From Chiloscyllium plagiosum (lineage: Eukaryota): DNA of 35,353 nucleotides. The notes beneath the pieces are model-generated. The model was not told where the DNA came from and searched no databases. It saw only the letters and a program-made list of their open reading frames with translations. The stretch covers positions 9,390,592-9,425,944 of the forward strand of contig NC_057756.1 of assembly GCF_004010195.1 (NCBI RefSeq), in the 5' to 3' direction. Both the position numbers and the translations under genes were made by a program. This document shows, one piece after another, positions 21,501-31,075 of this stretch (positions are counted from its first letter, which is position 1; every line of letters starts with the position of its first letter).

Positions 21501-24500
21501 AACTTAACACATGAAGTACACCTGAGGACTCTGGGTCTACACTCGATGGAGTTTAGAAGGATGAGGGGGGGGGGATCTAATTGAAACTTACAGAAAACCG
21601 AACGGCCTGGATAGAGTAGATGTTGGAAAGGCATTTCCATTAGTAGGAGAGACTAGGACCCAAGGGACTAGTCTAGAGCAAAGGGAAGGCTTTTTTAATT
21701 GGAGATAAAGGAGAAACTTCTTCAGCCAGATAGTGATGAATCTATGAAATTCATTGCCACAGAAGGCTGTGGGGGTTGGGTCATTGAGTATATTTAAGAC
21801 TGAGATAGATAGGTTCTTGAATATCAAGGAGATCGAGGGTTATGGGAAGGAAGCGGGAGAGGGGGGGTTGAGAAACCTAATCAGCCATGATTGAATGGCA
21901 GAGCAGACTCGATGGGCTGAATGGCCTAATTTCTGCTCCTGTGTCTTATAATACCCCTCGAGAGGAAGCATGTCTATTTTATCCACATCTTTTGTCATCC
22001 TGAATACCTCAAGATGGAGAAAAGGAAGGAAGGAAAGGGCAGAAGACAGACAAGTAGGAGAGAGGGAATTTAAGAAGGAAGGACCTGCAAATATATAGCC
22101 TCCATCAAGACCCTGGAAGTCACCAAAGCAGTTTGCGATCAATTAAGCTTTAGTTAATGCAGTAAAGGAGGTCATGTGTGTGACACAGTGATTTCCCTGA
22201 ACCTGGGCTAGGAGGTCCAGGTTTGAGTATTGAGTCAGCCAAAGAAGATCAGGAAAGGATCCTTCCAAAATACACTACTGGCAGCAGCAAGAGCTGGAGT
22301 GATTTCTGGTCAGTCATACAACAGAAAACACGGTGGAGCCTTTAACTTGTTTATTCAGAACTACAGGCTACAATGTGCAAGTTGCCTCAGTAACCCGGTG
22401 TGATAGAGTAAACTTCTGAACTTTAATAACTGTTCAGGGATTGAAAGAATTAGCAATAACATTTTCTGGAATAAACTGTTTCCTGAGATAAAGGAGCAAG
22501 GTCAAACTATTATAAAAGGAATCAAAAGCACCATAAGAATTAGCTACCTCTGGGCAAAGAATGAGTCAAAGCGACATAAACAAACTGTTTTAACATTGTT
22601 TAATAACTTGGCTGCCTCATACCACAAGAGCAAATGGTGGCTGTGCAGAACAATTTAAAGGAGTTGATGACAGGTCAGGCTGTGTTTCAAATATGCAGCT
22701 AACATTGAAGGTATTGAGGAAGAGAGCAGTTACTCTCGATAAGAAGGCACACTACAGACTCGGTGACTTCAGAGAGATCATCACTGAACAAGACAGATAA
22801 TCCTACAAGAATTTAACTTGAGCATTGTTCAGTAGCAGAACTTCGGAGAACCACACCGCACAAGGATTAAGCCCTGGACATATCCTGAGACAGGTTGGAA
22901 TTGTTGCTAAATTCCACTGCTCATTGGGTAATAGCCAAGTTGAGTGGTGAGATTTACCTTGCTTACTTGAGGGGTCTTATTGCTGCACGCAGTAAAGTGT
23001 AAATCAAAGTTTCAGTTTTTGATTGCCTGTGAGATTTCCTAATAAGTGACCTCATTAACAGTATGTTTTGCAAATTGACACACAGCACTCAGTAAAACAC
23101 CACACCACTGTTGCAGTGGTGAAACTGAAAGCTGTTTGGAGCAAGTGGGAAGTGGGCATCACTTGCTGGGCCTTGCATTTATTGCCCCTTGTCACTAGTT
23201 GCCTTTGAGAAGGTGGGGGGTGAGCTGCCATTTTGAACCGCTGCAGTCCATACCATGAGGGAGAGAATTCCTGATTTTCACCCAGTGACACTGAAGGAAT
23301 GGCGATATATTTCCAAGTCAGGGTGGTTGGTGGCTTGGAGGGGAACTTGTAGGGAGTGGTATTCCTACATATTTGCTGCCCTTATCCTTCTAGATGGAAG
23401 TGGTTATGAGTTTGGAAGATGCTGCATGAGGATCTTTGGCAAATTTCCCAAAGAGTTGACAGAGGTAGGATCATTATCGATCAGGAGTTGAGTCGACTTT
23501 GTAGTTTTGGCTGTGACGCAGTTGCTAACGCTCTCAACCCGAGCCAGATGGTAATGGGTCAAATCCTGATCCGTATTTGCAAACAATCTCAAACCAGCAG
23601 AGGTGTAGGCGTTTAGGTGGGGCAGCAAACCAGGGCACATTTTGGATGCAAAGGATCATTTAGCACCATTTAGTAGGGACTTCCTCAGAATTCAACACCA
23701 GGGTTGGAAAGGACTCCTAAGTCGGGCGAGCCATCAGAAAGGAAGAAGTGTGGGCTATTTACCCCTGAATCAACATCAGAAGAATTGAAAAGGATTATCC
23801 AGCTGTTATGAAACTAGTGCTGCGCGCAAGCCCGTTATTAAACTTCATAGGACACCCCAAGAAGCCACTCTTCAAATGGGCTTTCAGGGCTATAAAGTCG
23901 AGGTGCCCATTGCTCAAGAATGCTATCGAAATCCTGTGCTTCCTATTACGCGGGGGGGGGGAGGAATCCTGCACATCCTGGCCTAGTTTCTGAGCTGCAC
24001 GAATGAGTTACAGCAACAAGACAGTATTTGTCTCCAAACAGTGAGATAATATTTACCAGCTCACTTTACAAAACGCAAGAGTTAAGCCTACTGCCGGGAG
24101 CAGGAAGTAGAAACAAAATAAATACTATAGCCATGAAGCCACTTATTTGACAGTTTACTAAAAACAAGGCACTTGTGGGGTGCAATCTACAGAACTACAA
24201 TATTTTGATGGGGGTCAGGCCCAACTGATTGGCTCTTTACCTTGCCCCACTACCCCGAATCTATTCCACATTTACCACTGTGTAACCTTTATTGAGTTAA
24301 CGCCAGCTTGATCAATCTTTATACTGCGCCCCTAGTTCCAACCATCCCTTCGCCGTTCAAAGTTTACCGAGAAATGATGTGATCACTTGGACAGATATGA
24401 GCAGTTTTGCCCTCTCAAAGCGGCGAGCACACAAGAAGACAACTTCAGAATTCAGTCCCAATTCTGGGTCTTGGACTCACCACTTGCAATCGCTGGGAAA

Positions 24501-24541
24501 CAAAGGCACACCAAAAGGCATGTTGAGTAGAAGAGGTCCAT
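10007..24541 (-). CDS. Spliced 7-exon gene for an unassigned 303-aa immunoglobulin-superfamily type I membrane protein (signal peptide, 2 Ig domains, TM, short tail)
   Basis: Exon lengths 61+122+199+152+145+142+91=912 nt, intron phases 1,0,1,0,1,2, all GT-AG, no internal stops. Protein: [303 protein letters not shown]. Confidence 0.9.
10377..11167 (-). mobile_element. HER1/CR1 LINE 3' fragment interrupted by an opposite-strand CR1 tail (10898-11053, +)
   Basis: Minus strand translates to [11 protein letters not shown]...VVSVW..PEEMV; the inserted tail ends ggaccgaagggcccgtttccgtgctgtacatctctatgactct. Confidence 0.82.
11700..12050 (+). mobile_element. Degenerate L2-like LINE 3' fragment with tandem ccctccctat..tgtaacc..ctccagcccctacacc units (same unit at 1-55)
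   Basis: Tandem unit of about 39 bp at 11715-11795, followed by ctctggaatcccctc-type LINE end sequence. Confidence 0.5.
12145..12424 (+). mobile_element. Degenerate Deu-domain (SacSINE1-like) SINE
   Basis: ctgagggaacactgc...gtctttcagatgtgac...ttgctgtttgtggga..., ending gaaaggcgctaaagaaatgcaagt (L2-type tail). Family assigned by recognition. Confidence 0.55.
12440..12581 (-). CDS. IgSF gene exon 6 (transmembrane helix)
   Basis: Acceptor tgtttcttccctcag, donor CT|gtgagt. Encodes [22 protein letters not shown] followed by the basic stop-transfer segment KCKAKR. Confidence 0.92.
13241..13475. mobile_element. Fold-back Penelope family A unit (inverted pseudo-LTRs)
   Basis: Inverted arms of about 95 bp around about 13372-13378; 15-bp TSD ctccaattcct(a/g)cca at 13226-13240 and 13476-13490. 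Confidence 0.88.
13379..13414 (+). ncRNA. Minimal type I hammerhead ribozyme motif (Penelope family A), intact core
   Basis: attc-CUGAUGA(13383-89)-A-GGGC-UUUU-GCCC-GAAA-CGUC|gauu. Perfect stem II, palindromic ACGU in place of stem III, GUC cleavage triplet. Activity not shown. Confidence 0.72.
14256..14497 (+). mobile_element. HE1-type V-SINE (3' part internally deleted)
   Basis: gggtggcacagtggttagcactgct head, V-domain, taatctaat tail. Confidence 0.9.
14506..14817 (-). mobile_element. HE1-type V-SINE, near full length
   Basis: Reverse-complement head, V-domain and (ATTAG)n tail. Confidence 0.9.
15038..15182 (-). CDS. IgSF gene exon 5 (second half of Ig domain 2)
   Basis: Acceptor ctcattcctacag, donor G|gtgagc. 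Encodes [48 protein letters not shown] (GxYTC motif). Confidence 0.93.
15550..15682 (+). repeat. Tandem repeat of about 71 bp (catcaaacactcccaggacagggacagcacggggttagatacagagtaaa...), also at about 19615-19750
   Basis: Two adjacent copies here and about two more copies in intron 2. Confidence 0.75.
16072..16876 (-). mobile_element. HER1/CR1 LINE 3' fragment
   Basis: Reverse-complement CR1 tail (catacagcatgaaaaacagacccttcagcccaactcgtcc) continuing into ORF2 C-terminal sequence. Confidence 0.85.
17395..17715 (-). mobile_element. tRNA-derived SINE with second-LINE-family tail
   Basis: B-box-like ggttcaaatccc on the minus strand; tail gggatgggcaataaatgccgggcctagccagtgacacccacatcccacgaatgaattt. 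Confidence 0.7.
18012..18163 (-). CDS. IgSF gene exon 4 (first half of Ig domain 2)
   Basis: Acceptor ttttgtttcaaag, donor AAG|gtatga. Encodes [10 protein letters not shown]...[28 protein letters not shown] (B-strand Cys, C-strand Trp). Confidence 0.92.
18410..18690. repeat. Purine-rich/(GA)n microsatellite tract containing an assembly gap (N at 18600-18673)
   Basis: Seen directly; lies within intron 3 of the IgSF gene. Confidence 0.95.
18869..19067 (-). CDS. IgSF gene exon 3 (second half of Ig domain 1)
   Basis: Acceptor tttcctgttgtag, donor T|gtaagt. Encodes WLRSWF...[21 protein letters not shown]...KNITVPLQ (F-strand GxYxC; sequons NVS, NGT, NIT). Confidence 0.92.
20008..20129 (-). CDS. 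IgSF gene exon 2 (first half of Ig domain 1)
   Basis: Acceptor ttttcttttgggattgcag, donor AAG|gtgagg. Encodes [40 protein letters not shown], with the typical VEGSDVxLxC A'-B strand signature. Confidence 0.92.
21180..21948. mobile_element. Two opposed CR1 3' fragments (about 21180-21452 minus, 21470-21948 plus)
   Basis: Minus: [10 protein letters not shown]...[16 protein letters not shown]. Plus: the tail ends gatgggctgaatggcctaatttctgctcctgtgtcttat. Confidence 0.8.
23143..23447 (-). mobile_element. 3' end of the second CR1/L2-group LINE family
   Basis: Homologous to 1632-2025 and 6158-6473. Confidence 0.75.
24481..24541 (-). CDS. IgSF gene coding exon 1 (signal peptide [20 protein letters not shown])
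   Basis: ATG in good Kozak context (gaaaATGG), hydrophobic core, consensus donor G|gtgagt. Phase 1 joins exon 2 to give an A-S-A|K signal-peptidase-type site. Confidence 0.82.
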
Positions 24542-24645
24542 TTTCACCGCCGCTTCCAAAATTATCCTCACGACAGACAAAAGGCAGACAGAACTCCTGC
24601 GACTACCTGCTCACGAGTAACCTGAACTAGGCGGGGTGATCATAT
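24542..24645 (-). promoter_or_regulatory. Putative 5' UTR / proximal promoter of the IgSF gene
   Basis: Non-repetitive sequence with several CpGs directly upstream of the ATG and a GC-box-like GGCGGGG at about 24630-24636. The transcription start is not determinable from sequence. Confidence 0.3.
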
Positions 24646-25168
24646 TACAACTTTGTTCCGGGTCTGTGCCCAACATTTGGGGAATTATCTCTCCATTTCC
24701 ACTTCGACTCAAACAAGTGGGGTTTTATTGTAGGGAATATTGCAGTCATCAATCGAGTTTTATTTTTTTTTTGAAAAGAGGGTGCTTTGTCTTGTTTTTG
24801 GTTTAATTTAACAGGCACATCCTTCCTGAAACTCACCGCCAATTACATCCCTCAGAGTGAAGTGACGCCAATTGTCTCCGAGTAGAACTCAGGTTCCCAG
24901 TTTGAGTTTTCTTCCGCTGTTGGCATTTCCGCGTCAAGACTCGGCCCATGGGATTTCCAGGCTTGGGGTCAAAGCGTCGCTTCTGTACTAGTGGCATCTG
25001 ATCCCTCTGGATTCTGGACAGAGAGTTTCACATTCTGCTAACTCATTGCGAGCTGACTGGGTTCCAGTTGTTTTCACAACATCAAATGACAATATCTCCA
25101 GCATCTGCAGACCTCACTTTCTCCATCAATTGACATTATCACAGGCAACATGACTGATCTTTAATCAG

Positions 25169-25977
25169 AGTTAAAAATCACACAACACCAAGTTATAGTC
25201 CAACAGGTTTAATTGGAAGCACATTAGCTTTCGGAGCGACGCTCCTTCAGCAGGTGGTAGTGGAGGGATCTATGCTAACGCAGAATTTATAGCAAAAATT
25301 TACAGTGTGATGTAACTGAAATTATACATTGAAAAATTGATTGTCTGTTAAGCCTTTCATCTGAAATGTCAACTCTCCTGCTCCCTGGATGCTGCCTGAC
25401 CTGCTGTGCTTTTCCAGCACCACACATTTTGACTCTGACTGTCTGGCATCTACAGTCCTCACTGTCTCTCCTTTTTCTTCTAGTCTTTTGGAACGAGCAG
25501 ACGGTTTTGTTGTACACACCAGCCCCAAAACAAAACCCAGTTAAGCCTTTCAGAAGATGAAAGGCTTAACAGACAATCAATTTTTCAGTGTATAATTTCA
25601 GTTACATCACACTGTAAGTTTTTGCTATAAATTCTGTGTTAGGATTGAGCCCTCCACTATCACCTGATGAAGGAGCAGCGCTCCGAAAGCTAGTGTGCTT
25701 CCAATTAAACCTGTTGGACTATAACTTGGTGTTGTGTGATTTTTAACTTTGTACACCCCAGTCCAACACTGGCATCTCCAAATCGACCTTTAATCATGAC
25801 TTGTAGGCGCCAGTGTTGGACTGGGATGGACAAAGTTAAAAATCACACAACACCGGGTTATAGTCCAGCAGGTTTATTTGGAAGCACTAGCTTTCGGAGC
25901 ATCGCTTTACCTGATGCTCCGAAAGCTAGTGCTTCCAAATAAACCTGTTGGACTATAACCTGGTGTTGTGTGATTTT
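25169..25977. mobile_element. Two adjacent fold-back Penelope family B units
   Basis: Inverted arms 25169-25362 vs 25555-25748, and about 25838-25900 vs about 25912-25977. Target-like tgatctttaatcag at 25155-25168 and 25978-25991, with a variant at 25785-25796. Confidence 0.82.
25661..25695 (+). ncRNA. Minimal type I hammerhead ribozyme motif (Penelope family B), intact core
   Basis: CAC-CUGAUGA(25664-70)-A-GGAGC-AGC-GCUCC-GAAA-GCUA|GUG. 5-bp stem II, palindromic AGCU, CAC/GUG stem I. Activity not shown. Confidence 0.75.
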
Positions 25978-26076
25978 TGATCTTTAATCAGTTTAAATAA
26001 AACTGGGTTTTGTTTTGGGGCTGGTGTGTGTAACAAAACCGTCTGCTCGTTCCAAAAGACTAGAAGAGAAAGGAGG

Positions 26077-26206
26077 AGAGACAGTGAGGACTGTAGATGC
26101 CAGACAGTCAGAGTCAATATGTGTGGTGCTGGAAAAGCACAGCAGGTCAGGCAGCATCCGGGGAGCCGGAGAGTTGACATTTCGACCATATGCCCTTCAT
26201 GAGGAA
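26077..26206 (-). mobile_element. Penelope family A pseudo-LTR fragment with degenerate hammerhead core
   Basis: gtgaggactgtagatgc...gtggtgctggaaaagcacagcaggtcaggcagcatcc; the minus strand reads CUCAUGA-A-GGGC-AUAU-GGUC-GAAA. Confidence 0.75.
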
Positions 26207-26333
26207 AATCATTTGGCCCATCAAGTCTGTTCCACCATTTAATCGTGGCCTGTATGTTTCTCAACCCCATTCTGCTGGCCTCTCCTTGTAACCCTCAATC
26301 CCCTTACTAATCAATAGATCGAGAATTTTGAAA

Positions 26334-26415
26334 TAACTCCACAGAGACTCCCATCATCAAGTCACCCTTTATTTACATGTAGAGAACCCTTGACACTGAT
26401 CCAGAACCTCTGATA
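26334..26415 (-). mobile_element. Partial extra copy of the Gypsy LTR 3' end
   Basis: taactccacaga..tcccatcatcaagtca matches about 26788-26823; minus-strand AATAAA at about 26368-26373. Confidence 0.55.
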
Positions 26416-26787
26416 TGTTTTATTAACCAGTGCAAATTACAAACAGTTAACATTAACAGCTGTATACAAGAAACAGCTACTTACAGGCGAAAGGGAAAAG
26501 CCTGACCCCACAACCAGTTCACAGAGAACTGGGGACGTACCTTGAATCCCACATTACATCAATGAAGAAGGAAACAGTCAACGCCATCACATACAGACAG
26601 TCCGATAAACCGAACAACAAAACAGTGCATATATCATACGCACCCTGGGACACTCCTGGGGTTTTTTCAGAAAGGACATATCAGGAATCAGGTAGTCGAC
26701 TTCTTTTCCTGTATTAAAGGCAAAATATAAGTTTCATGTTTAAAGTTAGATAGTTTGAGTAATTTAGATTTATAAGATTGATTGAAG

Positions 26788-27467
26788 TAACTCCACAGAA
26801 GCCAGTATCCCATCACCAAGTCAACGTTTATGCATCATACTTGACAATGAACCAGCTTCCTCAGAGCCAGCTCTCAATGCAAACAGACCTCTGACACTCT
26901 CATTTTTTAAAACATTTTTTCTTATTATTATCCCCACACTCCCGCCTAACTGCGGTAGTGCTTATTTTTTCCCCACCACCCATGTTGTGTGTGTGTGCAG
27001 GTGTGAGACACAGTGAGAGACTCAAGGTGCACGAATCTTTATTCAGTTTCCACCACCAGGAAGATAGGAAACAACCGAGTGGCCAGTGACAAGCAGTGCC
27101 CTTCACATCAAAGGGCAATGCTGTGCAATCAAACAGTGGAGGGGAGGGCGGGGATTAAATCAAAATAGAGGTGGAGGGGGAAATAATGCACTCCACTCCC
27201 TGCAGCGCCCACCTCTCCCTGAACAACTCCAGGGTGTTGGTCGACACCGCGTGCTCCTTCTCCAGAGACACCCAGGCTCTAACGTAACTGCAGAAGAGGG
27301 GCAGGCAGTCGGCCCTAACGACCCCCTCCACGGCCCGCTGCCTGGACCTGACACTCCTGTTTATTTCTGTCAGCCAGGGCTTCCAGATTGGACCAGGTTA
27401 AAAGCCCCAATCAGGGAACTCATAATTCTATGAGGTCCACCTGACTGACCGGATTACAGTCACTACA
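26788..27467 (-). repeat. Gypsy 3' LTR, split by a Tx1 insertion
   Basis: 27350-27467 shares tggaccag.ttaa.agccccaatcagggaactcata.ttctatgag with about 34794-34840; the LTR resumes at 26899-26788 beyond the insertion. Confidence 0.75.
26900..27347 (-). mobile_element. 5'-truncated Tx1-clade LINE (ORF2 C-terminus plus 3' UTR)
   Basis: Minus-strand YVRAWVSLEKEHAVSTNTLELFRERWALQGVECIISPSTSILI* (stop at about 27155), A-rich 3' end, 9-bp TSD ctgacactc at 26891-26899 and 27348-27356. Confidence 0.78.
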
Positions 27468-28222
27468 TCCCTCCCCCTCTGAGGCGGAGGATATAGGTCA
27501 GTTTTTTTTTTGTAGCTTCTCCTAGGGCTTTTTAGCACCGGATCAGGTTCCTCTAACCATCCCTTTGATGCCGGCAGCTTGTAATGCACAGTAGTTCGCC
27601 TTTTGCGTCCAGAGCATCTCGAAAGAAATTCATTCTCCTCTTCAGCCAGCAAAGGCAAAGGACATCCACCATGTCCACCTTGGATTCTGAGGTATCTTCA
27701 ACGCTTGACAGAGAGGGAGAACCCACAGGGGTTCTGGGATAGTCTAATACGCTGTCGAGCAGCCAGGCATGTTTTTCTCCTCCACTGTTTGCGTGTTTGC
27801 AGCTTTCATATGGCCCACATGTTTGTTCAGGACCATCACACCTACTCGACCTTGATATATCGCAGGACCTGATCTCACACCATGCCTCTTACTCATTCAG
27901 GGCCATTCCTGTGTTTCCTATACCAAACATCATCCCCTGAAGTAAACTGCTTCTTTCACTTAGCGGATACTTGTATCCGGCCTTGGCATTCCTGATACCA
28001 TTTTACCCTCCTCCCTCCAGGTCTGGGAAGATCAGGTTTAACCTGGTGTGAAGTCTTCTCCCCATTAACAACTCTGCTGGAGCTATCCTGTGGTTGTATG
28101 AGTGGTGGTCCTATAACCAAATTGGAACCAGGACAATTTCATAGGCTGTAGGCTGCTTCTTTAAGCCTGCATTGGACACCTTTCTTTGCCAGACCATCGG
28201 ATGGTGGATAATGTGGAGCTGT

Positions 28223-28567
28223 CATAGAGCATAGAGACGTACAGCATGGAAATAGACCCTTCAGTCCAATACGCCGATGCCAACCAGGTATCTCAACCCA
28301 AACTAGTCCCACCTACCAACACCCGGCCCATATCCCTCCAAACCCTTGCTATTCATATACCCATCCAGATGCCTTTTAAATGCTGCAATTGTACCAGCCT
28401 CCACCACTTCCTCTGGCAGCTCATTCCATACATGTACCCTCTGAGTGAAAAAGTTGCCTCTTAGGTCCATTTTATATCTTTCCCCTCTCACCCAAAACCT
28501 ATGCCCTCTTGTTCTGGACTCCCCCACCCCAGGGAAAAGACTTTGTCTATTTATCCCATCCATGCCC
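28223..28567 (-). mobile_element. HER1/CR1 3' fragment inserted in the Gypsy integrase
   Basis: ORF 28303..28584 reads GESRTRGHRF...[22 protein letters not shown]1 tail present. Confidence 0.85.
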
Positions 28568-30784
28568 CTTGTGTCAAATATCATTTAACTTTAGAAATTA
28601 CTCAACATCCCCAGTCGTAAAATCTGTGACCAAACCTCCGGGATTCCAAAAGACGTGTGCAGTTTTTCTGTCACCTTCCCTATTTCTGACGAATTAACTA
28701 TAGGCACGACCCACCACTTTGACTGGGCGTCCACATTGACTAAATATTGACCCCCACAAAAGGACCAGCATAGTCAATGTGTAACCGAGTCCAGGGTTTA
28801 CCAAGCCATTCCCACGTATTCGGGGGAGCTGCTGGTGCACTCTGCGCATTCCCACCAATGTGGCTATGCCTGCATCCAATCTGAGCCATCAGACATAACT
28901 TCTTGCCAACATCTTCATTTTGGAAATGCTTGGATGACCATTGTAAAATTCTGCTATTATCTGGTGGCAAACTTTGCTCTGGACAATCACTCTTGCGTCC
29001 CCACTAATAACATGCCATCCTCTACTGTGATTTGGACTCTCCAGGTCCAAAAATATTTCAATTCTGGTTGCTACAGCTCTTTCGTTTCCTTTGTCACCAC
29101 CAGCTATTTCAGTTTTGCCAGACCTGCATCATCCTGTGTCCAAAGTCTGATATTGTCAGCTGTGACTGGAAGCGGGTCCAGAAAACTTCAAATCATTGGG
29201 GACTCTTCCAGTGGTAAGGAAGTTAGAAAGTCACAAGGGATCAGTTCCATGTTTTACTTCCCCTTCAAGGCACATTGGGGACTCAAGGGTTAAAACATTC
29301 AACTGCCAAAAAGACTCACTGCAGCATCAGTTGGAAGCCTGTCCTCTTACAATATAGACAGGACAGCTCAGCAGGTGGGAGGCTGACTGTATCTCAGCAG
29401 AGGAGCCTAGTGGAGCTACACATGTGGATTCCCCTGTAGCCTCAGAGGGATTTGTCCTTCCCAGACAAAACTAATAGCCTTGGCCACAACCCTGTTAAAC
29501 TGCCTCCCGATCCCATTGTCTTACTTCCCCATCCACATTAGCATAGGTATGTGAATCCCCCATGTAGAGCAGGCAAAACCCTTCTGTCTTAATCTCTTCC
29601 CATCAACATATAATCATGACGAATACGATAATCAGTTTCTGTAATCCACTCACATGTTATCATAGGACATCGACATTCATCAGGCTTTGTAAATTCATAA
29701 TTACCTACTTTAAACTATGTAATGACAGTCGACGATGTGACTGATAAACCTTCTGTTTAATCCCTATAAAAATGCTGTCTTTGCTGATAGGGCAGAGATT
29801 GCTGGAGAAGTGTCACCACAAGTAGACACGTGACTACTTTTGGGGGCATTGAGAATCTCTCGCTGGCAGTCCGATAATAAGGCATCTATCATTGTACAGA
29901 AACTGGTATCATCCAGATTTGTGGAACAAAGCAGACATCAACAGTGGTGGTACCATTGGTGTATCTGCCAGTGGGAGGCAGCTCAATGCATCCACATTTG
30001 CTACTTGACCTCCTGGAAGGTGTTGCAACTTGTAATCATACACAGTTAGTATCAGAGTCCACTGTTGAATTCAGCCTGAAGTTATGGGCAGCATTATCTT
30101 ATCCTCTTTAAGTAGACCTAACCGGGTTTGTGATCATTTATTATTACAAATTTACCTCTGTAAAGGTAAAGGTAAAGGTATTGATCAAACTTCTAGACTC
30201 CAAATATAACTGCCACACCTTCCTTCTCTATCTGGACATAGTTACGCTTTGCATTAGCCAAAGTCCAAGGATGTTCCTCTCCATTGGTCCACCAATGAGT
30301 TAATACTACCCCAATGCCATACAGAGAAGCATCACATGTCAATACCAGATTTCGCTTGGGTACCAACAACTTAGAGGATGATAGCTGTTTCTTAACATCT
30401 CTAAAGCTATGGCTTGGCTATGTGACCATTTTCAAGGCTGGCCCTTTTTTAGAAGTTGATGCAAAGGTGCCAGGATGGAGGCCAAGATATGTGTGAACTT
30501 TCTGTAATAATTCACTAGCCCAAGGAAAGACCTAAGCTCTGGTACAGACGTGGGAACCAGGGCAACTTTGATCACTTTCACTTTCTCTTCCAACATGTTA
30601 AACCAGTCTTGTCGACTCTGTAGCCCAAGTAGATCACTTGGGATGCCTGGAACACACATGGGGAGAAACATCTAAGGGCTATGTTCACCTTCTCTAATTG
30701 GTCTTCCCTTTTATTAGTCCATCATCTAGAGAAATGGTGACCTGGAGTAGACCTTGTAAAACGTTCTCCAATATAAAAACATTG

Positions 30785-31075
30785 AGTCATAAAGTCATAC
30801 AGTTGTCCAGCACGGAAACAGACCCATCGGCCCAATTTATTCATGCCAACCAGATATCCAACCTAATCTCAACCCATTTTCCAGCACTTGACCCGTATTC
30901 CTCTAAACCCTTCCTCTTCATTTAGCCATCCAGATTAAATGTTGCAATTGTACCAGCCTCCACCATTTCCTCTGGCAGCTCATTCCATACACACATCGCC
31001 CTCTGTGTGAAAACGTTGCCCCTTAGGTCTCTTTTGTATCTTTCTCTTCTCACCCTAAACCTATGCCCCTCTAGT
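30785..31075 (-). mobile_element. HER1/CR1 3' fragment inserted in the Gypsy RT
   Basis: [34 protein letters not shown] plus tail. Confidence 0.85.

Noticed and set aside
24092..24134. Alternative signal-peptide-like exon [14 protein letters not shown] (minus strand, phase 1 donor A|gtaggc)
   Set aside because: Weaker donor and poorer cleavage site than 24481-24541; cannot be fully excluded as an alternative first exon.
10007..24541. Rearranging antigen receptor (Ig, TCR, IgNAR) interpretation of the Ig exons
   Set aside because: No RSS next to the exons, no J-type FGxG motif and no C1 domain; the half-domain exon structure fits a non-rearranging IgSF gene.
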